This document shows, piece after piece, positions 7,559 through 12,457 of a stretch of DNA of 12,457 bases. A program made the position numbers and the translations under genes. The notes beneath the pieces are model-generated. The model was given only the letters and a program-made list of their open reading frames with translations, was not told the DNA's origin and searched no databases. The stretch lies in NCBI GenBank assembly GCA_023480925.1, contig JAMCWY010000001.1, positions 1-12,457 of the forward strand, read 5' to 3'. Positions within the stretch are counted from its first letter, which is position 1; the number at the start of each line of letters is the position of its first letter. Source of the stretch: Patescibacteria group bacterium (GTDB lineage: Bacteria > Patescibacteriota > Minisyncoccia > UBA6257 > HR35).

Positions 7559-7990
7559 CTAAAACCGCGGCTCGATTAAATCCGGCCGGCGCCAAGAGTA
7601 AATTAGCAAAAAAGCGACGGCGTAGATAAGATTAAATATATAGAAAATAAGCAAATAATGGAGGCTAAAAACGCCGGCCGACCAGGCCAAACCGCCAGTG
7701 AGAATAAATAAAACCAAGGCGAAGGCCGAGATCAAACCAACCAGCCCGTCTAGCTTTAAAAACCGCCGGGCCGAAGCCAAGATCAAAAAACTGGCGGAAA
7801 TTAAAAAGAGGAAAAACCCAAGCGGCGCGAAAGCAAAAATATCTTCAATTAGGCTGAAAAAAAACAAAAGCGGCCAAAATTCTTTTTTTTCTTGGAAGAA
7901 ATAAACAAGAAGAAGGGGCAAAAGAAAAAAAATCCTCAGACCAAAAATTTTTAAGCCGAAATCAAGAAGAAGTAAGAACAAAATTTTCAT
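7559..7990 (-). CDS. mreD: Rod shape-determining protein MreD (probable)
   Basis: 143 aa, polytopic and very hydrophobic. It has the MreD-like motif SLIEDIFAFAPLGFFLF (G/SxxxD...G). Its position between mreC and the PBP2 gene matches the canonical mreBCD order. Confidence 0.7.
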   Translation of the reverse strand: MKILFLLLLDFGLKIFGLRIFFLLPLLLVYFFQEKKEFWPLLFFFSLIEDIFAFAPLGFFLFLISASFLILASARRFLKLDGLVGLISAFALVLFILTGGLAWSAGVFSLHYLLIFYIFNLIYAVAFLLIYSWRRPDLIEPRF

Positions 7991-7996
7991 CGGCCC

Positions 7997-8749
7997 CTAT
8001 TGAACGATAATTAATTGGCTTTCGTCAAATTTTGAAAATGGTTCAACGATTAATTTTTGGAAATAGGTCGTCGGCTCAACCTGAATAACTTGACCAATCA
8101 AAAAATTCGGCGAAAAAATATCATCCTTGGCCGAAGTTATAACCAGATCGCCCGGCTTAACTTTTAGACTCGGCTCGACGTAATTAACGTTAATATAACC
8201 AAGGCCGGTCGTTTGAGCCAAGCCAAGATTTTGACCGCTAAAATTATTCAAGCTGAATTTTAGATCGGGAAAGTTTAATGTTTGAATCTCGATATAACTC
8301 GGCTCAATCTGAATGACTCGACCAACCAAAAACCAATTACTGTCGACAACGGTCGCACCCAAACGAACCGAACCACTTGGCCGAGAAACATAAAGATGAC
8401 CAAAATCGTCCTGACCCAAAAATGAAACAGTTTGAGAATCAGGATAAGTTCTTTTAAGCTGACTCAAAGAGTTGATTGTTTTTTCCATTGTCTGAGTCAT
8501 CTTGGCCGCGATCAACTCTCTTAAAAGATCAAAATACTTTTGTTTATAACTTTGTTCATCCGCGCCCGTCTGAATATGGAAACCAAAAAAGTTGTCAAAA
8601 AAACCGACAATGGCGTCGCGCAGACTGGCGTTAGCCAGATAAATATGAGTTTCCTGGGCTTGAATCGGCCGGGCAAAACCAAACAGCCAAAGGGTCAGGC
8701 CGATAATAAAAAAAAGAAAAAGTTTTTTATTTTTACTGAAGTCTTTCAT
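7997..8749 (-). CDS. mreC: Rod shape-determining protein MreC
   Basis: 250 aa. It has an N-terminal TM segment, a helical linker, then two beta-barrel repeats with MreC-like LVGRVIQIEPSYIEIQTL and LIGQVIQVEP. It overlaps the mreB stop by 17 nt. Confidence 0.88.
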   Translation of the reverse strand: MKDFSKNKKLFLFFIIGLTLWLFGFARPIQAQETHIYLANASLRDAIVGFFDNFFGFHIQTGADEQSYKQKYFDLLRELIAAKMTQTMEKTINSLSQLKRTYPDSQTVSFLGQDDFGHLYVSRPSGSVRLGATVVDSNWFLVGRVIQIEPSYIEIQTLNFPDLKFSLNNFSGQNLGLAQTTGLGYINVNYVEPSLKVKPGDLVITSAKDDIFSPNFLIGQVIQVEPTTYFQKLIVEPFSKFDESQLIIVQ

Positions 8750-9758
8750 CTCTAATGATGAACTTATTGTAATAATTAAAATCTTCGGTCACTCGGCCCA
8801 AGCCCCGAACAACGGAATAAAACGGATCTTCCATTAAGTTGATTTTGACTTTCAATTCTTTTTCAAAAAATTCTGGCAGACCCTTTAGTAAACTGCCGCC
8901 GCCGGTCAGATAAATTCCGCTGGTGATGATATCGCCCAAAAGATCGGGTGGAGTAATATTGATAACGTCTCTAATATCGTCAATAATCTCCAAAAGATTC
9001 GAGAGCAAGCAATCGCGCAAATCCAGACCAGTAAAATTAACTTCTTTGGGTAAAGTTGAAATGGCGTCGCGGCCGCGCAAAACAAAAACATCATCGCGAT
9101 TAGTGATACTGCCGATTTTGATTTTCGCCTCTTCGGCCTGACCATCGCCGATAATAAGATTATTTTTGAGCCGGACATAGTTAACGATTTCTTGATTGAA
9201 ACGATCACCGGCGATCTTAATGCTCTTGCCGACAACGATTCCGCCCAAAGACAAAACTGCGATCTCGGTCGTGCCGCCGCCAATGTCAACCAACATCAGT
9301 CCTCGCGCCTCTTCGATATCAAGATTACCGCCCAAAGCCGCGGCGATTGGCTCTTCAATTAGATAAGCTTCGCGAAAAGCGCTTACTTTGGCCGCGTCAA
9401 TAACGCCTCGTTTTTGGACCTCGGTTAGATTCAAAGGAATACCGATAATGCCGACTGGTCTGATTAAAAACACGTATTTTTTGGAAAAATCGTCAAAAAT
9501 CTTGCCCAAAAACGCCTGAGCCGCTTCAAAGTCGGTCAAAACGCCAAGCTGGATCGGCCTAACCACGGTCAAGGTGCCAGGAACTCGGCCGATCATCTTT
9601 TTCGCCTCTTTGCCAATCGCGACAATACTTTGATTTTTTTTATTAAAAGCAATGACGGACGACTCTTCCCAAATCACGCCCTGCTTTTTGGCGTAGACTA
9701 AAGTATTAGAAGTGCCAAGGTCTATTCCTAAAACTAATTGTTTGATGAATTTAGCCAT
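8733..9758 (-). CDS. mreB: Rod shape-determining actin homologue MreB
   Basis: 341 aa. Actin-fold phosphate and adenosine motifs are present: GIDLGTSNTLVY, VDIGGGTTEIAVLSLGGIV, GIYLTGGGSLLKGL. Confidence 0.96.
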   Translation of the reverse strand: MAKFIKQLVLGIDLGTSNTLVYAKKQGVIWEESSVIAFNKKNQSIVAIGKEAKKMIGRVPGTLTVVRPIQLGVLTDFEAAQAFLGKIFDDFSKKYVFLIRPVGIIGIPLNLTEVQKRGVIDAAKVSAFREAYLIEEPIAAALGGNLDIEEARGLMLVDIGGGTTEIAVLSLGGIVVGKSIKIAGDRFNQEIVNYVRLKNNLIIGDGQAEEAKIKIGSITNRDDVFVLRGRDAISTLPKEVNFTGLDLRDCLLSNLLEIIDDIRDVINITPPDLLGDIITSGIYLTGGGSLLKGLPEFFEKELKVKINLMEDPFYSVVRGLGRVTEDFNYYNKFIIRDERLQ

Positions 9759-10999
9759 CGCCTGACTTCAGTTTTAACCTCACGCCAAGGTTTTAAAATA
9801 ATTTTTTGTTTTTTTCTTTCTTTAAATTCGACTTGATTTTTTTCTAAACTTTTTTGGCTAAGGACCAGTCGTAAAGGTAATCCGATCAGATCCGCTTCGG
9901 CCAATTTTTCCGCCGAGCTGGTTAAACGATCATCGTATAAAATTTCGACCTCCAAGCTTAGGGTCTGATAAAGTTTTTCCGCGACCAATTTTAACTTTTG
10001 ATCAATCTTTGTCTGATTTGAATACAAAACCAATAAGTGGATCGGAAAAGGCGCGACCGATTTTGGCCAAATAATTCCCTTATCATCGTTATTCGTTTCA
10101 GCAATCGCGCCCAAAACTCGCGGCAGACCAATACCATAACAACCCGCCCAAACTAACTCGGTCTGACCAACATTGTCATTATAAACCAAATTGAATATTT
10201 CCGAAAATTTGACGCCAAGGTTGAAAGTGTTACCAACTTCGATCGCATTGATTGTTTCAGCCTCAACCTGACAACGAGGGCAACGGTTTGATTGAGAAAC
10301 TTCTTCGTTCCAAGCCTCGCGGCAAACCGGACAACGGTAGATTAAATCCTCACCCGCCTCGGCCGCGACTTGGAATTCGGTTGAAAAACCAGATGTAAAA
10401 GTCCCGCCGGAAGCCTTGGTTTTAATCGGCTCAAGGCCAACTTGTTTAAAAATTCTGAGATAAGCTTGATCGACTTTATTTTTATAAGCCTCAAGATCGT
10501 CATTATCGCGGTGGAAACTGTATAAATCTTTCATTAAAAATTCGCGCGTCCGCAAAATGCCGGACTTGGCTCGAAGTTCATCGCGAAATTTCGTCTGGAT
10601 CTGGTAAACCGCCCGAGGCAGATCGCGATAAGACTGAATTATTTTTTTCATCAACGGGAAAATAATTTCCTCATGAGTCGGACCAAGCGCGTATTCTTTT
10701 TCCAACTGACTTTTGAGTCGAAATAAAACATCAAAACTTTCCCAGCGGCCGCTCTTGACCCAGTTCTCTTTTGGGTGAAGCGCAGTCAGTAAAAATTCCT
10801 GCGCCCCAATCTTGTTCAACTCTTGACGAATGATTGTTTTAATGTTTTCCAAAACCCGAAAGCCCAGCGGCAAAAAATTATAGATGCCGGCGCCGACTTT
10901 TTCAATAAAGCCGGCCCGGAATAGAAGATTGGCGCTCTTGGCCGTTTCCTCCTGAAGATTTTCTTTGTAAGTTTTATATAAAAACTCGCTCTGCCTCAT
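9734..10999 (-). CDS. proS: Prolyl-tRNA synthetase, bacterial type, lacking the INS editing domain
   Basis: 421 aa. From memory it is collinear with E. coli ProRS in the N-terminus (MRQSEF...LLFRAGFI...GIYNFLPLGFRVL), motif 2 (YQIQTKFRDELRAKSGILRTREFLMKDLYSFH), motif 3 (GCYGIGLPRVLGAI) and the anticodon-binding domain. About 180 aa between motifs 2 and 3 are missing and replaced by CPVC-x13-CPRC. Confidence 0.95.
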   Translation of the reverse strand: MRQSEFLYKTYKENLQEETAKSANLLFRAGFIEKVGAGIYNFLPLGFRVLENIKTIIRQELNKIGAQEFLLTALHPKENWVKSGRWESFDVLFRLKSQLEKEYALGPTHEEIIFPLMKKIIQSYRDLPRAVYQIQTKFRDELRAKSGILRTREFLMKDLYSFHRDNDDLEAYKNKVDQAYLRIFKQVGLEPIKTKASGGTFTSGFSTEFQVAAEAGEDLIYRCPVCREAWNEEVSQSNRCPRCQVEAETINAIEVGNTFNLGVKFSEIFNLVYNDNVGQTELVWAGCYGIGLPRVLGAIAETNNDDKGIIWPKSVAPFPIHLLVLYSNQTKIDQKLKLVAEKLYQTLSLEVEILYDDRLTSSAEKLAEADLIGLPLRLVLSQKSLEKNQVEFKERKKQKIILKPWREVKTEVRRWLNSSNN

Positions 11000-11003
11000 C
11001 GCT

Positions 11004-12053
11004 TTATTTTAATTGAATAATATCTTTAATCGTGACCGCGACGAAAAGAAGAATCAACAAGACAAAGCCAACCTGGTTGGCAATCGTATCAACTCTGGCT
11101 GAAACGCGCCGCTTGGTCAAGCCCTCATAACAATAAGTAGCCAGCCGCCAGCCGTCGAGAGCGGGAAAAGGAATAATGTTAATTAAGACCAAGTTTAAGG
11201 AAATCAAAGCCCAAAATTGGAAAAGATAACCCAGACCCAAAAGCCGCATCTGGTTATATAGGTCGAATATACCAATCGGGCCGACAACCTGGTTCAAACC
11301 CTTCCCCTTTTCAAATAAATTAGCCAAAAACGAACCGAGGATAGTGATGAAATTTCTGGTTATGTCAACTGTCCTGACCCAGCCATAGTAAAAATTGGCG
11401 GGGAAACTTTTTTTAATTATCGTCAACGAACCAACCAAGATGCCGAGCGGGCCGTTATTGGGACTGTTGGTTTTTTGCGGCGTGATTGTTCGCCAGAATG
11501 TCTGATCGCCGCGCCGAACGAGAAAATTAACCGGTTCGCCCGCGTAGCGACTGAAAAGATTTCTGACCGTGTTTGGATCGGTCAACGCGATCGTCTTTGT
11601 TTTTGTCTTCAACTCGACCAAACGATCGCCCAAGTTTAAACCGGCCTGAGCTGCGGGCGAATTAGGCAGAACTTCCAAGATCGTCACGTTAGCAACTTTG
11701 GGGCTGTAATCGGGCAGACCAACAAGGTAACCGAAAGAAAAAAGAAAATAAACAAGAAGAAAATTCATGACGATGCCGGCAATCGTGATTAAAATTTTTT
11801 TCCGGACTGGCTGACTTAAAAAACCGTTTTTGACATTAAGATCGTCCTCGCCGGCCAAACGAACAAAACCGCCTAAAAGCAAAAGATTAAAAGAATAAAT
11901 CGTGCCGTTTTTTTTAAACTTGAATAACGCCGGCGGAAAACCAATGCCGAACTCTTCAACCCCAACGCCGGATTTTTTCGCCACGATAAAATGGCCGAAC
12001 TCGTGAACTAAAACTAAAAAACTCAAAGAAATGATAAAAAATAAAATGTTCAT
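11004..12053 (-). CDS. rseP: RIP zinc metalloprotease RseP (site-2 protease, M50 family)
   Basis: 349 aa. HEFGHF (HExxH) sits in the first TM segment. A single PDZ-like segment follows (ILEVLPNSPAAQAGLNLGDRLVEL), then the second metal-ligand motif NLVLINIIPFPALDG. Its stop lies 4 nt before the proS ATG. Confidence 0.93.
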   Translation of the reverse strand: MNILFFIISLSFLVLVHEFGHFIVAKKSGVGVEEFGIGFPPALFKFKKNGTIYSFNLLLLGGFVRLAGEDDLNVKNGFLSQPVRKKILITIAGIVMNFLLVYFLFSFGYLVGLPDYSPKVANVTILEVLPNSPAAQAGLNLGDRLVELKTKTKTIALTDPNTVRNLFSRYAGEPVNFLVRRGDQTFWRTITPQKTNSPNNGPLGILVGSLTIIKKSFPANFYYGWVRTVDITRNFITILGSFLANLFEKGKGLNQVVGPIGIFDLYNQMRLLGLGYLFQFWALISLNLVLINIIPFPALDGWRLATYCYEGLTKRRVSARVDTIANQVGFVLLILLFVAVTIKDIIQLK

Positions 12054-12093
12054 AGCATATTTTGGTTGACGAATATCTTTTGTTCGGCTAAAA

Positions 12094-12457
12094 CTACTGG
12101 CTTACCTCCCTTTCCTTTTCGCTGAAAAGTTTGTCAATTTCGTCGTTAAACTTTTTGACCTCGTCGTCGATTTTCTCCTTGTTTTTGAAATAAACATTTT
12201 CCGGAACTTCACGATTGTCTTTTTGGTTTTTCAAGCTCTTTAGGGCGTCATCTCGCTCCCGCCGCGCCCGAATCCTGATTTCTTCTTTAAGTTGGTTTAA
12301 ATTTTTCAACAAGGCTTTGCGACTTTCCTCGGTTAAGGACGGGAAATTAACGACCAGATATTTTTCTTCTTGGCTGACCCGGCCGCCAAAATTTTGTTGG
12401 CTTAAACTTTTTTCGATTTCCTTAGTAACGTTTTCATCCCGGCTGGTCCGATCAATA
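12094..12457 (-). CDS. frr: Ribosome recycling factor, partial (N-terminus lies beyond the window edge)
   Basis: My hand translation shows the frame stays open from the TAG at 12094-12096 to the window end: ...TKEIEKSLSQQNFGGRVSQEEKYLVVNFPSLTEESRKALLKNLNQLKEEIRIRARRERDDALKSLK...KFNDEIDKLFSEKEREVSQ. This matches the Frr pattern (IP.LTEERRKELVK...R..RRDA...LKK). The 72-aa ORF in the track is only its C-terminal part, starting at an internal TTG. Confidence 0.9.
   Translation of the reverse strand, partial: IDRTSRDENVTKEIEKSLSQQNFGGRVSQEEKYLVVNFPSLTEESRKALLKNLNQLKEEIRIRARRERDDALKSLKNQKDNREVPENVYFKNKEKIDDEVKKFNDEIDKLFSEKEREVSQ

Noticed and set aside
6160-9289. Alternate-frame and antisense ORFs inside mrdA, mreD, mreC and mreB (6160..6429, 6851..7090, 7301..7489, 7698..7904, 8540..8755, 8906..9289, 8923..9141)
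   Set aside because: All are nested in genes with strong family signatures. None has its own start signals or a recognisable product.
12094-12312. 72-aa ORF treated as a stand-alone small protein
   Set aside because: The frame stays open upstream to the window end and the translation continues as ribosome recycling factor. The apparent start is an internal TTG.
1-12457. GC-content differences between genes (about 30-35% to about 50% in hand-counted lines) as evidence of a horizontally acquired island
   Set aside because: The variation tracks individual conserved housekeeping genes rather than a contiguous block. There are no flanking repeats, tRNA, integrase or transposase. My hand counts are too coarse to support an island call.
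1-12457. Search for CRISPR arrays, IS elements, toxin-antitoxin pairs or defence genes
   Set aside because: I saw no spaced direct repeats, terminal inverted repeats, transposase or integrase motifs, or small paired ORFs. Every sizeable ORF except 42..500 and 1885..2190 is accounted for by a core function.

Overview
This window is almost entirely coding. It looks like core housekeeping DNA from a small, AT-leaning, gene-dense bacterial genome. The divergent proteins, overlapping genes and a prolyl-tRNA synthetase without an editing domain suggest a reduced-genome lineage such as Patescibacteria/CPR, but that placement is inference only.

Plus strand: murG, a small 3-TM membrane ORF joined to murG by a TAATG overlap, and rplU. 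Minus strand: an orphan hypothetical protein at the left edge; an overlapping phosphohexomutase-family gene and mltG pair; greA with its own promoter; and one long tightly packed array, frr (partial, runs off the right edge), rseP, proS, mreB, mreC, mreD, mrdA (PBP2).

I found no tRNA, rRNA, CRISPR array, transposase, integrase or long repeat, and I cannot support a new multi-gene system here. By content it reads as an ordinary cell-envelope, morphogenesis and translation region.

The points worth a second look are modest:
- The bacterial-type ProRS has its INS editing domain replaced by a short CxxC...CxxC element.
- Shine-Dalgarno motifs are nearly absent, and several promoters sit so close to the start codon that the mRNAs would be almost leaderless.
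- None of the 14 stop codons is TGA.
- An orphan ORF is driven by a near-consensus extended -10 promoter.
- An uncharacterised membrane ORF is wedged between murG and rplU.
- The phosphohexomutase is short and has an atypical active-site loop.
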